Positions 54,086 to 64,000 of a stretch of DNA of 64,000 nt are shown here, piece after piece. Position 1 is the stretch's first letter. Each line of letters begins with the position of its first letter. Below the pieces are notes generated by a model. It saw nothing but the letters and a program-made list of their open reading frames with translations, was not told the DNA's origin and did no database searches. A program made the translations under genes and the position numbers. Source of the stretch: a virus (Duplodnaviria; Caudoviricetes); the IMG/VR virus record IMGVR_UViG_3300020131_000101, positions 1,091 to 65,090 of that record. The stretch is one strand, 5' to 3'.

Positions 54086-55298
54086 CCACAAACAAAACGT
54101 GAGTGCGCCGGCGGAGTCGGAACTGAAGCCGTGCCCGTTCTGCGGCGGCGACGCATGTCTGGACCAAGTCGACAGCGACGACTGCTGGTCTGTAGGCTGC
54201 GAAGCCTGTGACTTTCAGCTTATGACCGGCGAGTGGAACTTGGGCTGGCACAAGTCGAAAGAGAAGGCCATCTCCGCCTGGAACTACCGCGCCCTTATCG
54301 CCTCTGCGCCAGCATCGACAGCGCAGCCCCCTAGCATTGGCGAGATTACTGCGTCCCATATCGCCGCGCAGCTTCATTATCCGGAGCATTGGGATACGGC
54401 AGCGTACCCGACTGTGGCGGATGCCTTTATTGAGGTCATTGCGCACTTCCAATGCACAAGCGAGGATCATGCGGCAGCGCAGCCTGACACTGCTTACACC
54501 TACGCAAGTACACAGGCGACGAATTGCGCCGGGTGCGGACAGCACAAGCATACACCGCTGCGTATTGACGCGATGGGAGGCTATGTGTGCCTGACCTGCA
54601 TCGACCAGAAACTAGGCTCCATGCTCGGAGAGTTTGGCTACGAGCAGCCTGACACTGCGGAGCGGCAGGCGTTTGAAAAGTGGGCGGTTAATTACTGTGC
54701 GCCATTGGTCAAGAAGGGCGAAGTTCTGCGGCGCTCCCCAGATGGCACCTATGCGATGTTCTCCGTTCAATGGAATTGGGATGCATGGCAAGCTCGTGCC
54801 GTCCTCACCGCCCCGCAGGATGCGCAGGAGCGGGATGCAAAGCGACTTGCGTACATTTTGGAATGCTGCCCTCCTTCTGACTGGGCGTTGCTTGGGGCGC
54901 TCAGTGCAGACAATGCCCGCGCAAAAATTGATGACTGGATGGCGCATGATGCCGCCCTCACCACCGCACAGCCATCCAAGCCGCAGGATGCGCGGCAAGC
55001 CACAGATCATCTATCCGACGAGGTGCGCGCCATCATGGAAGATGCGCGATATGTGGCATCAATGTTCCACGCAACGACAGTAGAGACTGAATCGGATGCT
55101 TACGACATTTCCGATACGGTCGTACAGCGAATAGACGCGCTGTTAAACAGACCTTCTACATCTAGTGCAGGTGATCAAAGCACTGCACAGCCAGCGGATA
55201 AGCCGACACTGATCTGTAACTCGTGTGGCGCTGATCGTTTCAAGGAAGATTGTAAAGGCGCGCGTGAGAGTTGCCCGATTAAAGGAGTCGCACTGTGA
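54078..55298 (+). CDS. Mosaic protein with N-terminal Lar (restriction alleviation) family domain
   Basis: ELKPCPFCGG..C..C..AISAWN.R followed by several small domains joined by AQP linkers. Confidence 0.75.
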   Translation: MSDHKQNVSAPAESELKPCPFCGGDACLDQVDSDDCWSVGCEACDFQLMTGEWNLGWHKSKEKAISAWNYRALIASAPASTAQPPSIGEITASHIAAQLHYPEHWDTAAYPTVADAFIEVIAHFQCTSEDHAAAQPDTAYTYASTQATNCAGCGQHKHTPLRIDAMGGYVCLTCIDQKLGSMLGEFGYEQPDTAERQAFEKWAVNYCAPLVKKGEVLRRSPDGTYAMFSVQWNWDAWQARAVLTAPQDAQERDAKRLAYILECCPPSDWALLGALSADNARAKIDDWMAHDAALTTAQPSKPQDARQATDHLSDEVRAIMEDARYVASMFHATTVETESDAYDISDTVVQRIDALLNRPSTSSAGDQSTAQPADKPTLICNSCGADRFKEDCKGARESCPIKGVAL

Positions 55299-55873
55299 AC
55301 GAATCCGTACGTATTGCCGAACTCGAAGGAAAGCTGGATGCAATTGCCGCCGCCCTTGGGATGCCAGCCGAAAGTTGGCGAATTGCTGGCTGTGACGTTC
55401 TCGCGCATCAGGTGGCAGACACCGTTCGGAATAGCCGCAAGTGGTTTGGAGAACTCCTGCAGGCTCGTGCATCCATTGCAGCAGCGGATAAGCCGGAAGG
55501 CAAGGCCGAGCAGCAGGCGGAGCCGGTAGCGTGGCTTGCGACGGATTTGGATGGCCGTGGCGATGTGGCATTCACCAAAGAAGAAGCGCGGCGGCGAGCA
55601 GGGGAAGGCTGCACGTACTTCTACCCGCTGATTGAACCTGTCGCCCACCCACCCGCGCAGCCGCAGCAAGGGCTGACGGATGCCGAAATCCTAGATGCCG
55701 TGAAAACAGCGCTTCCTGAGTTCCGACATCATGACGACTATCTGCTGTCGCCTACGGCATCGCTGATGAGTAGCGACAGCCACGAAATCATCCATATCGA
55801 TACAGCATGCAAGATCGTCCGCGCCCTTCTCTCCCGCCATAAGGTGAGCGGGGAGGATAAGGAAGGAGGATGA
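55295..55873 (+). CDS. Mosaic early protein
   Basis: AEPVAW, GLTDAEI modules. Confidence 0.65.
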   Translation: MNESVRIAELEGKLDAIAAALGMPAESWRIAGCDVLAHQVADTVRNSRKWFGELLQARASIAAADKPEGKAEQQAEPVAWLATDLDGRGDVAFTKEEARRRAGEGCTYFYPLIEPVAHPPAQPQQGLTDAEILDAVKTALPEFRHHDDYLLSPTASLMSSDSHEIIHIDTACKIVRALLSRHKVSGEDKEGG

Positions 55874-56634
55874 AAAGAATGAATGGTTTTCACTTTTCGC
55901 AAAGTGCACCCGTAAGTGCACCTGAGCAGCCACTAACCGAGCGCGTCGCTGCGCTTGAAAAACAGAACGCCGACCTGCTGCTGGCGCTGCAGGATGCCTA
56001 TGAAGCGGCTGCGCAGGTAGTGGAGAACTTGCACCCCTATGTGTTCGTCGGGCACATGAACGATTACCGCAGGAACCAGGCCGATGCTGCGAAGGCCATT
56101 CGGGCACTGAAGCGCACCCCTACTGCTGCCAACGCAGGCGGTCAGCAGGATGATGAACTGCGTTTCAACGCCACGCGCTTGCGAAACGTGGCAAAGCTGG
56201 TGGGGCTGGGAAGCGCCGTGCCGCAAGATGATGCAACGCTAGACTGGGCGCGTGGTTCGGTGCTGGGAATGATCGCTGGCAAGCTGCGAGCAACTGCCAC
56301 CAGCGCAGGCTATCGCATGGACCCTGCATTCGCTTGCCCTGACAGTGCCAATGGGTGCGATGCGCTTTGTGACCACGCCAGCAACACACCTGCTGCTGTG
56401 GGCGGCGCAGATGAACTGCCCTGGGTGAGCGTAACTGAACGGCTGCCTGAGCAAGACGCGGACGTGCTGGTGTATAGGCCCCATGCCGCAGACGCGCCCG
56501 CTTTCGACCCGACATTTTGCATTCGAAACTACATCGGCGGCGGCAAGTTTTCCGGCGAACACGCTGTGACGCACTGGCTACCCCTGCACACACCTGCTGC
56601 CAAGGGTGCGGGTCAGGAAGGCGGCAAGGCATGA
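55870..56634 (+). CDS. Mosaic protein with C-terminal DUF551-like domain
   Basis: WVSVTERLPE...VLV...VTHWLPL. Confidence 0.72.
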   Translation: MKRMNGFHFSQSAPVSAPEQPLTERVAALEKQNADLLLALQDAYEAAAQVVENLHPYVFVGHMNDYRRNQADAAKAIRALKRTPTAANAGGQQDDELRFNATRLRNVAKLVGLGSAVPQDDATLDWARGSVLGMIAGKLRATATSAGYRMDPAFACPDSANGCDALCDHASNTPAAVGGADELPWVSVTERLPEQDADVLVYRPHAADAPAFDPTFCIRNYIGGGKFSGEHAVTHWLPLHTPAAKGAGQEGGKA

Positions 56635-56849
56635 GCACAAAAGCCACCATCGCCCACGGCGAGCGGTTTCACTTTTACAAGGACGGCATGCCCGACATGC
56701 GCGGGCTGGTCTGCCTGGAAATCAGTGGCGCCGAAATCGAGTTCGACAGCCAATCGAAGACGGTCACGATTTTTCTGCCAGAGCAGCAGGCGGGCGAAAT
56801 GTTCGCGGCCATCGCCAGGGCTACTGCCCAGGGGGCAGGTGATCTATGA
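56631..56849 (+). CDS. Small hypothetical protein
   Basis: ATGA-coupled; MSTKATI. Confidence 0.6.
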   Translation: MSTKATIAHGERFHFYKDGMPDMRGLVCLEISGAEIEFDSQSKTVTIFLPEQQAGEMFAAIARATAQGAGDL

Positions 56850-57055
56850 AAGCGGCGCGCAATTCGCAGGTTGGCGATAAGGTTTGCACGGACTTTTCAG
56901 GCCGCCTGACGGTGCACACCATCGTTGACCGGCGCGACGGCTGGCAGTCGCAGAGCCGCATCGGCTTCAAGCTGTCGCCGATTGTTCCAGGTTCGCAGGG
57001 CAGCTGGATCGATGCGGACTGGTTCGTGCCATTCAACACACCTGCTGCCGGATAG
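56846..57055 (+). CDS. Small hypothetical protein
   Basis: ATGA-coupled. Confidence 0.6.
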   Translation: MKAARNSQVGDKVCTDFSGRLTVHTIVDRRDGWQSQSRIGFKLSPIVPGSQGSWIDADWFVPFNTPAAG

Positions 57056-57079
57056 GCAGGCGATCAACGAAGGGAAGAC

Positions 57080-57277
57080 ATGAGAAAGGACACTGAAGTG
57101 CGCGAGCACAAAGACAAGAGCGATGCCGAACTGGCCGCCGATGCGCGAATGGTTGTGCAGGAGCTTTCAGCCCTGCTGACCGAGTTCAAGCATCGCGGCA
57201 TCGAATGGGATGCCAGAGCCTACGCCAGCGGCAGGATGGAAATCGACATCTACCGCAACAGCCGGGAAGACCTGTAA
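57080..57277 (+). CDS. Small hypothetical protein
   Basis: GGGAAG RBS. Confidence 0.6.
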   Translation: MRKDTEVREHKDKSDAELAADARMVVQELSALLTEFKHRGIEWDARAYASGRMEIDIYRNSREDL

Positions 57278-57330
57278 GCACAACAGACCACCTGCCGAAC
57301 AGGCGGCAGGACACAGATGAAAGGCCAACC

Positions 57331-57912
57331 ATGACCACCGACAAGCAGATGGAAAGGGAGCGTGCGGAGTTCGAGGACGCGTACAAAGAGCGATTCCCTT
57401 GCATGATCAGCAGCATGCATAAATTTGACCGTGATGCAGATGGCGACTACAGGGGTAGCAGCGTTTTCGCCGCATGGGAAATGTGGCAAGCCGCTCGCCG
57501 CTCCCAAGGGCGGGAAGTGCCGGAGGGTCAATCAGTCCACGAATGGTTCGGCCTGACCTATGCACAGTTCCTCACCCTGCCCCGCGTCATCATGGAAGCC
57601 ATGCCGATGGAATGGCAACTCAAAATGACGGTGCTTCTGGATGAAATGGACGCCGCATTCGACTGGCTGCCAGCCAGCGGGAACATGTATTACGTCCGCG
57701 TCGGCAAGCCTATCGAGTGGCCGTATGAAGATGATGACGGCAATCCCATTGAGCCAACGCTGCAAGAGCCTGACGCCGACTTGTGCAACTATCGCCGGCC
57801 TCGCATTGAGCATCGAAGGAAGATCGCCACCGGACCTGGTGAAGGGAGAGAGAATCCAACCATGGTTCCATTTTCAAACCAGCCAATCCAAAAAAAGAAT
57901 GGATCGACATGA
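57331..57912 (+). CDS. Mosaic hypothetical protein
   Basis: ERAEFE..AWEMWQAAR module plus WFGLTYA..LPR..MEAMP.EWQ module. Confidence 0.65.
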   Translation: MTTDKQMERERAEFEDAYKERFPCMISSMHKFDRDADGDYRGSSVFAAWEMWQAARRSQGREVPEGQSVHEWFGLTYAQFLTLPRVIMEAMPMEWQLKMTVLLDEMDAAFDWLPASGNMYYVRVGKPIEWPYEDDDGNPIEPTLQEPDADLCNYRRPRIEHRRKIATGPGEGRENPTMVPFSNQPIQKKNGST

Positions 57913-58005
57913 TGTGGAACTCCGTCTGGTTGCAGTTCAATATCGACATGGCACAACGGCCGAAGTTCAAGCGGCAAGCCGGCTAGGCACCAGGAGGGAA
58001 GAATC

Positions 58006-58242
58006 GTGGCAGCAGTATTGAAGCCGATCTACATCGACCTGCCGGACGTGTCGGCAGCGGTATCGCTTGGCGAGACCACAATCCAGAGAATGATTCGCGA
58101 AGGCGAGTTCCCTGCACCTCGACAGCTATCAGGTCGCAGAGTCGCCTGGCTCGTGAGAGAAATTGAGGAGTGGGCAGAAAACCGTCCGGTCTCAGACTTA
58201 CCGCCTCCGCCGAATACAGGGAAGCGCAAGGATGGGAAATAA
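58006..58242 (+). CDS. AlpA-family excisionase / recombination directionality factor
   Basis: L..V...VSL...TI.R....G.FP.PRQL..RRVAW...EIEEW. Confidence 0.88.
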   Translation: MAAVLKPIYIDLPDVSAAVSLGETTIQRMIREGEFPAPRQLSGRRVAWLVREIEEWAENRPVSDLPPPPNTGKRKDGK

Positions 58243-58312
58243 CGGGAAATGACGTCGCGGAATTCGACCTACACCATCGCTCAGTGGTTGGGGGCCACGA
58301 AAAGCCAAGTTG

Positions 58313-59821
58313 CTAGACTGAACTTAGCTGTCCCGCACGGCTTACCCGACCATGATATTCCCTGATCGCAAATGGCAATCGCTTGTTACGGCGCTCCTGA
58401 GAATGTCCCTTCATTAGTGAAAACAGGATGCGCCCCGGATATTCAACGGCGTTAAGGTGGTCACGGATCGTCGTTTCGTCCCACTCAAGACGGCTCAGGT
58501 ACTCGTTCACAAGGCTGAAGATCGATACGGAGTTGATAGCATTATTCACATAACTGTGATGAATCACGTACTCGGTATCCATGATTCCTTTCACCGCCTG
58601 CTTCAATGCATCCCCATTAAAGCTTGGGTTTGACAATCGATCAAATATTGCAGCTGACTTCTGCTTGATCATTAAGTAGAACAGCACTAACGGGAGGTGC
58701 ATCGGTTCACCTTGCGGCCAACTGAAGGCGAGCGCTTGCAGTGCCGACGCAATTTGATCTTGGCAGCGAAAGCTGATCCCGAAAGCGGCCGAGAATTCGG
58801 TGAATAACACGTGCGCGTCAGGAGTACTACCGTATGTGTTGCTATAGACACCTGGATCGAGCGGAGAAAAGAAGCGATCGAAAGCAATCAAGGCATGGCG
58901 CTCGAAAAGAACCTCGGTATATCGCACAGCATTGGGTTGCGGAAGAACGTACTCCTGATCGAAGAATCGTTTCAGGTATGACTCCGCGTCAAACTTCTCT
59001 CCGTACACTGCGCCGATCGAATGTCCAAGCTGGTCGAGGTTCGTCGCAGTGATAAAGTAGATGCCATGCACACCGAATAGGTGCTTGATGCCTTCAAGCA
59101 GCTCAATCGCGTAGCTTGGGCGACAACGATCTAATTCATCGACGAACACAAACATAGGCAACTGAACATTCGGCAGATCCTCCAAAGCAGAAACGAGCCT
59201 TCCAAGTCGTAATTTGAAGATTCTGATCGTTTCTCGTTTGCTTAAGTGCTCCTTTATCGCCGCTTCCGCGCACTTGGAAACAATGGACTTTATATCGTTC
59301 ACCGCCGTCTCAGCGCGTTCGGCTCCGGAATCTTCGGAATCCTGGTCAATGTCAACATCATCCTCCGCAAGCGCTTCCTTTATCTGATCGATCGATATAC
59401 CCGTTAGATTTTTTGTCAGCACACCAACAAGGCCCATGCTGACCGGCTTTACGAGCTTCTTCACCACGCTCAGGGTGCGATCAATCTGACGGGCGATTGC
59501 GGGAACATTCTTGAAATGAGACTTCAGTGCATCGTCCATGGACGCAATGAAACCGATAAGTGGATCCTCGGAAAAGTCGTTCGCCCAAGCATCAAAATGG
59601 ACGATGGGATGTCCCGCCCTCTTAAGATCGTTACTCCACCGTTCAATAAAAAAGGTTTTCCCGAACCCCCAATTGGCTCGTACGTTCAACACCAAGGTGT
59701 CCTGTTTCTTCGCGGTTCTCGCAAGGGTGTAGCGCTTCTGCAGGTAATTCGTCAGGAATCTGGCGCACTCCTCACGGTCAAGCTTGTCATCAGTCCACAG
59801 CTTCGTCACATCAATCTCCAA
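58313..59821 (-). CDS. KAP-family P-loop NTPase
   Basis: DKLDR, LNV.ANWGFGKT, FDAW.NDF..DP, VFVDELDRCRP, LE.IKHLF, YLKRFFD. Confidence 0.92.
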   Translation of the reverse strand: MEIDVTKLWTDDKLDREECARFLTNYLQKRYTLARTAKKQDTLVLNVRANWGFGKTFFIERWSNDLKRAGHPIVHFDAWANDFSEDPLIGFIASMDDALKSHFKNVPAIARQIDRTLSVVKKLVKPVSMGLVGVLTKNLTGISIDQIKEALAEDDVDIDQDSEDSGAERAETAVNDIKSIVSKCAEAAIKEHLSKRETIRIFKLRLGRLVSALEDLPNVQLPMFVFVDELDRCRPSYAIELLEGIKHLFGVHGIYFITATNLDQLGHSIGAVYGEKFDAESYLKRFFDQEYVLPQPNAVRYTEVLFERHALIAFDRFFSPLDPGVYSNTYGSTPDAHVLFTEFSAAFGISFRCQDQIASALQALAFSWPQGEPMHLPLVLFYLMIKQKSAAIFDRLSNPSFNGDALKQAVKGIMDTEYVIHHSYVNNAINSVSIFSLVNEYLSRLEWDETTIRDHLNAVEYPGRILFSLMKGHSQERRNKRLPFAIREYHGRVSRAGQLSSV

Positions 59822-59853
59822 ATTAATTAGTCGGCCGATTCACCGTGGAGTCA

Positions 59854-61149
59854 TTACCCACGTCTCCCAACAATCTCCTCAAGCTTGGCATCGAGACGGG
59901 AAAGCCACTCCCGGCGTTCCTTGTCGTAGGTGTGGCGGTTATACACACCCTTCACACCAGGCTGCATATGCCCAAGAATCGCCTCGGCAACGGGGTCAGG
60001 GCAGCCCAGCGCCGCAAGTAGCGTCCGCGAGGTACGGCGCAGATCATGAGGCGCCCAGTGCGTCACTGGTAACCGCGGCCGCTCCTGCTCTGGTCGCGTC
60101 TTCGAATATGGCATGTGGTACCAAACCGCCGTCTGTATCATTTTCTGCTGCACGTGCTCAACTTCTCCACGCATCGCAGGGAAAATGTACCCCCCCTTCG
60201 CCGTGGATAGCCTGCGTCGCACGATCCTCTCCGCGCGACCGATCAGCGGCACACGTAGGTCGGTGGCATTCGATATGCGTGCGTTCTTAGTCTTGGCCTT
60301 CGGGATGGTCCACCACAGTCCGTCCGCCTCTTCAGTGATTTCTTTTGCCTCCATCGCACATATTTCGGAGCCGCGCGTGCATGTCCAGGAATACAGCGTC
60401 AGGGCGTCCTCGATAGTGCGCGTAAAGTTCGGCAGCCAGGCAAAGAGATCCCGTAATTCTTGCTCCGAAAGGTGCCGCTTCGCAGTGCCGATCTTCTCGC
60501 CAGCAATCGCCTTGCCCTTGCTGCGGAGTTTCCCCCGTAAGATTTGCCGCCACCAGTTCGGCGTCGTGTCAGGCAACTTCCCTGCGTCGATGGAATAGTC
60601 CCATGCTGCTGCCAATTCAGTGCGCAACTTGGCGCACTGCACCGGATGATCGAAATGGCGCTCGAGCAAATCGAATGCGTTGGCTCGTGTGTAGGTAGCC
60701 GCCGGCAGATCTGCGTGGTCGCCGAGCATCGTATCAAACGTCCTGCGCACCTCTTTCGCCCCTTTGGGCTTGCGATGGCGATCGATGTATCCGTCCAGGT
60801 ACAGGTCACACACCTTCCGAACAGTAAAGGCAGCGTTGCGCTTCTCTTCGCGACGCAGCTCCACTGCGGCTCGCGCCTCGACACGAGCGTTCCGCCGCTC
60901 AAGCGCCGGATCCGCTCCATTCTTCCGAGCTTTCGACAACTCCTCCCATTCGGACATGGCTTTGGCGATCGACATGGCCGGCCATTCCCCGATCTTGACC
61001 TGGCGCATTTTCTGATCGACTGGGCTCTTGTAACGGTAGGTCCATGCCTTGGTACTATTCGTGGCTTCCAGGCGTAGCCCGGGTGCGCCATCAATGGTAA
61101 TGTGTGCACCCGGCGCCAGCAGCTTTGCTTCCCGCGCGTCGAAATTCAT
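59854..61149 (-). CDS. int: Tyrosine integrase with N-terminal arm-binding domain
   Basis: PGLRL..W.YRY..IG.WP; R(GSE)..K..HDLRRT..LGH..VY catalytic residues. Confidence 0.95.
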   Translation of the reverse strand: MNFDAREAKLLAPGAHITIDGAPGLRLEATNSTKAWTYRYKSPVDQKMRQVKIGEWPAMSIAKAMSEWEELSKARKNGADPALERRNARVEARAAVELRREEKRNAAFTVRKVCDLYLDGYIDRHRKPKGAKEVRRTFDTMLGDHADLPAATYTRANAFDLLERHFDHPVQCAKLRTELAAAWDYSIDAGKLPDTTPNWWRQILRGKLRSKGKAIAGEKIGTAKRHLSEQELRDLFAWLPNFTRTIEDALTLYSWTCTRGSEICAMEAKEITEEADGLWWTIPKAKTKNARISNATDLRVPLIGRAERIVRRRLSTAKGGYIFPAMRGEVEHVQQKMIQTAVWYHMPYSKTRPEQERPRLPVTHWAPHDLRRTSRTLLAALGCPDPVAEAILGHMQPGVKGVYNRHTYDKERREWLSRLDAKLEEIVGRRG

Positions 61150-61160
61150 GCATCCCTCAC

Positions 61161-61230
61161 GGCGTAACTTTTATTGATCCGCGGAGATTGTAGCGTAACT
61201 TTTGAAATACCAACCCAAAAACCTACGCCA
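61161..61230. repeat. Putative integrase arm-type binding sites
   Basis: GGCGTAACTTTT (61161), GCGTAACTTTT (61193) and inverted AAAAACCTACGCCA (61217-61230). Confidence 0.6.
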
Positions 61231-61303
61231 TTTTGTGGAGTGTTGCGGGGTGCTGTGGAGTGTAGTGGTTAGTAGGCCAAAAACAGGAAACAGGCAAAAA
61301 GAA

Positions 61304-64000
61304 TTGAGTAATCAGGCACTTAAAGAGATTTCCACGGAAAAACAAGGATTTACCGAGGCGGACATTTCCAGACACACGCCGATGATGCAGCAATACTTGC
61401 GCATCAAGGCCGATCACCCGGACATGCTGGTGTTCTACCGCATGGGGGATTTCTACGAACTGTTCTTCGACGATGCGGAAAAATCCGCGCGCCTGCTGGG
61501 CATCACGCTGACGCAGCGTGGCGCATCGAACGGCAATCCGATCAAGATGGCCGGCGTGCCCTTCCATTCGGTCGAACAGTACCTTGCCAAACTGGTCAAG
61601 CTGGGCGAATCGGTCGCGATCTGCGAGCAGATCGGCGATCCCGCCACCAGCAAGGGTCCGGTCGAGCGCAAGGTGGTGCGTATCGTGACGCCGGGCACGC
61701 TGACCGACTCCGACCTGCTGCCCGAAAAGGCGGAACGTCCCCTGCTCGCGCTCTGTATCACATCGCAGCGCAAGAACGTGACTGTCGGCCTGGCATGGCT
61801 GTCGATGGCGAGCGGTTCGCTGCGGGTGATGGAATTCAACGGCGACGCCCGGAGCTTCGATGTCCGTCTCAAGCAGGAACTCGAGCGCATCGCACCAGCC
61901 GAAATCCTGGTCGCCGACAACCCGGACCTGTTCGCCGTCCAGACATCGACCAGCAAGTTCACCAACGTGCCGGACTGGCACTTCGACCTCAACGCCGGCA
62001 CGAAGGCGCTGCAGGAACAATTATCGGTCGCCACGCTGAGCGGTTTCGGCGCCGACGGCCTGAGTGCCGCCATCGGCGCGGCAGGCGCACTGTTGCGCTA
62101 CGCGCAGTCGACGCAGGGCAAGGGCTTGCAGCATGTGCGCACGCTCTCAGTCGAATCCGAAAACGAATTCATCGGCCTCGATGCATCGACCCGCCGCAAT
62201 CTGGAACTGACGGAAACCTTGCGCGGCCAGGAAGGCAACACCGCCGCGCCTACCCTCTTTTCCCAGCTCGACCATTGCCGAACGGCGATGGGATCGCGCA
62301 TGCTGCGGCACTGGCTGCACCATGCCCGGCGCGACCAGGACGTTGCGCGTGCCCGCCATGCCGCCATCAATGCCCTCATGCGTGCGGACGCCGCCTCCGG
62401 CCTGTCCGCAGCGCTGGCCGCGGTGCCCGACATCGAACGCATCACGACCCGCATCGCCCTGCTATCGGCCCGCCCGCGCGACCTCGCCGGCATGCGCGGC
62501 GGCTTGCAGCAACTGCCGTCGCTGCGCGCCTATGTCGCCATGTGCAACAAGGATGCCGATGCGCCCCTGCTGCGCACCATCCACGACGCCATCGCCACGC
62601 CGTCCGAAGTCCTGGAATTGCTGGAACGCGCCATCGCCCTCGAGCCGGCCGCCATGGTGCGGGACGGCGGCGTCATCGCGCGCGGCTTTGATGCCGAACT
62701 GGACGAACTGCGCGCCCTTTCCGAAAACGCAGGACAGTTCCTCGTCGATCTCGAGACGCGCGAACGCGCGCGTACCGGCATCGCCAACCTGCGCGTCGAA
62801 TACAACAAGGTGCACGGCTTCTATATCGAAGTCACCCATGGCCAAGCCGACAAGGTGCCCGAGGATTACCGCCGCCGCCAGACACTGAAGAATGCCGAAC
62901 GCTACATCACGCCCGAGCTCAAGGCCTTCGAAGACAAGGCGCTGTCGGCACAGGAACGTGCGCTCGCCCGCGAGAAGTTCTTGTACGAGCGCCTTCTGAA
63001 CGACCTGGCGCCGCATATCGGCATGCTGCAATCGATCGCCCAGGCGCTGGCCCAACTGGACGTGCTGGTGGCGCTCGCCGACCACGCGATGCGCAACAAC
63101 TGGTGCGCCCCCCAGCTTGTCGCCGAACCGACCATCCTGATCGAACAAGGCCGCCACCCAGTCGTCGAAAACCAGATCGAACGCTTCATCGCGAACGACT
63201 GCGAGCTCAGCAACGAACGCAAGCTCCTGCTGATCACCGGCCCGAACATGGGCGGTAAATCGACCTACATGCGGCAAGTCGCGCTGATCACCCTGCTCGC
63301 TTATGTCGGCAGTTTTGTCCCCGCCAACAGCGCCGTCGTCGGGCCGATCGACCGCATTTTCACCCGTATCGGCGCCGCGGACGACCTTGCCGGCGGCCGC
63401 TCCACCTTCATGGTGGAAATGACGGAATCGGCCGCCATCCTCAATGGCGCGACAGAACACTCGCTGGTCCTGATGGACGAAGTCGGCCGAGGCACGTCGA
63501 CTTTCGATGGACTTGCGCTGGCCTGGGCGATCGCGCGCCACCTGATCGAAACCACGCGCAGCTTCACACTGTTCGCCACGCATTACTTCGAACTCACGCA
63601 ACTGCCCGAAACGCATCCCACCGCGGCCAACGTCCATCTGTCGGCCGTCGAGCACAAGGACAGCATTGTCTTCCTGCATGCCGTGCAATCCGGCCCCGCG
63701 TCGCAAAGCTACGGACTGCAGGTGGCCCAGCTGGCCGGCGTGCCGCAATCCGTGATCAAGGCCGCGCGCAAGCATCTTGCCGCACTCGAAGCCCACTCCG
63801 TGCAGGCAACCCCGCAATTCGACCTCTTCGCCTCGGCAGCTGCTTTCGCGGACGAACCCGAGGATGAGCCAGAACGCCGCGACGATCCCGCGGTCACAGC
63901 GGTGGTGGACGAGCTTGCGGGGATCGATCCGGATGCATTGTCGCCCCGTGAAGCACTTGACGCACTGTACCGCCTGAAGGCCTTGGTCGAAAAACAATGA
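61304..64000 (+). CDS. mutS: DNA mismatch repair protein MutS (start uncertain: TTG 61304 or ATG 61382)
   Basis: [62 protein letters not shown]; stop at 64000. Confidence 0.97.
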   Translation: MSNQALKEISTEKQGFTEADISRHTPMMQQYLRIKADHPDMLVFYRMGDFYELFFDDAEKSARLLGITLTQRGASNGNPIKMAGVPFHSVEQYLAKLVKLGESVAICEQIGDPATSKGPVERKVVRIVTPGTLTDSDLLPEKAERPLLALCITSQRKNVTVGLAWLSMASGSLRVMEFNGDARSFDVRLKQELERIAPAEILVADNPDLFAVQTSTSKFTNVPDWHFDLNAGTKALQEQLSVATLSGFGADGLSAAIGAAGALLRYAQSTQGKGLQHVRTLSVESENEFIGLDASTRRNLELTETLRGQEGNTAAPTLFSQLDHCRTAMGSRMLRHWLHHARRDQDVARARHAAINALMRADAASGLSAALAAVPDIERITTRIALLSARPRDLAGMRGGLQQLPSLRAYVAMCNKDADAPLLRTIHDAIATPSEVLELLERAIALEPAAMVRDGGVIARGFDAELDELRALSENAGQFLVDLETRERARTGIANLRVEYNKVHGFYIEVTHGQADKVPEDYRRRQTLKNAERYITPELKAFEDKALSAQERALAREKFLYERLLNDLAPHIGMLQSIAQALAQLDVLVALADHAMRNNWCAPQLVAEPTILIEQGRHPVVENQIERFIANDCELSNERKLLLITGPNMGGKSTYMRQVALITLLAYVGSFVPANSAVVGPIDRIFTRIGAADDLAGGRSTFMVEMTESAAILNGATEHSLVLMDEVGRGTSTFDGLALAWAIARHLIETTRSFTLFATHYFELTQLPETHPTAANVHLSAVEHKDSIVFLHAVQSGPASQSYGLQVAQLAGVPQSVIKAARKHLAALEAHSVQATPQFDLFASAAAFADEPEDEPERRDDPAVTAVVDELAGIDPDALSPREALDALYRLKALVEKQ

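Larger units (their letters stand above)
1..61300. mobile_element. Lambdoid siphoviral prophage (left end outside window), integrated at the 5' end of mutS
   Basis: Complete ordered set of lysis, tail, head, terminase, Q, replication, cI/cro, Xis and integrase genes; integrase adjacent to the mutS start. Confidence 0.95.

Noticed and set aside
61202-61303. mutS start at 61202 as given in the ORF track
   Set aside because: Overlaps the putative integrase arm sites and yields a non-MutS-like extension; later starts are more plausible

Overview
Almost the whole window (1 to about 61,300) is one large lambdoid siphoviral prophage with an HK97-type head and a non-contractile tail. The host is a GC-rich betaproteobacterium, probably Oxalobacteraceae, inferred from MutS and two HTH proteins. 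The prophage abuts, and appears to be integrated in, the 5' end of mutS (about 61,304-64,000). No left att copy was found, so the element probably continues beyond base 1. From left to right the window holds: an SOS-box-controlled SRAP module and morons (hicAB); the lysis cassette; tail, head and packaging genes; a late leader; a Q-like antiterminator and nin-like region; replication genes (initiator, P-like loader, two clamp-like proteins, two SNF2 helicases, an amino-MTase); cII/cro/cI; immunity-region morons with a tRNA-like element; early-left genes (ACP-like, rdgC, C5-MTase, frameshifted dUTPase, Lar/DUF551 mosaics, AlpA/Xis); a KAP NTPase; and the tyrosine integrase. The best candidate for an undescribed system is the lysis cassette. 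It has no recognisable spanin and instead reads holin-holin-GH19 endolysin-tiny lipoprotein-patatin phospholipase, with all five genes chained by ATGA overlaps. Other notable signals are a DUF4214-like surface-protein domain in the tape measure of a very minimal tail tip, a terminator-bounded tRNA-like RNA with UCA at the loop centre, a phage acyl-carrier-like protein, an apparently phage-supplied mutS start, and several structured RNA leaders. All family assignments come from motif recognition by eye; no searches were run.
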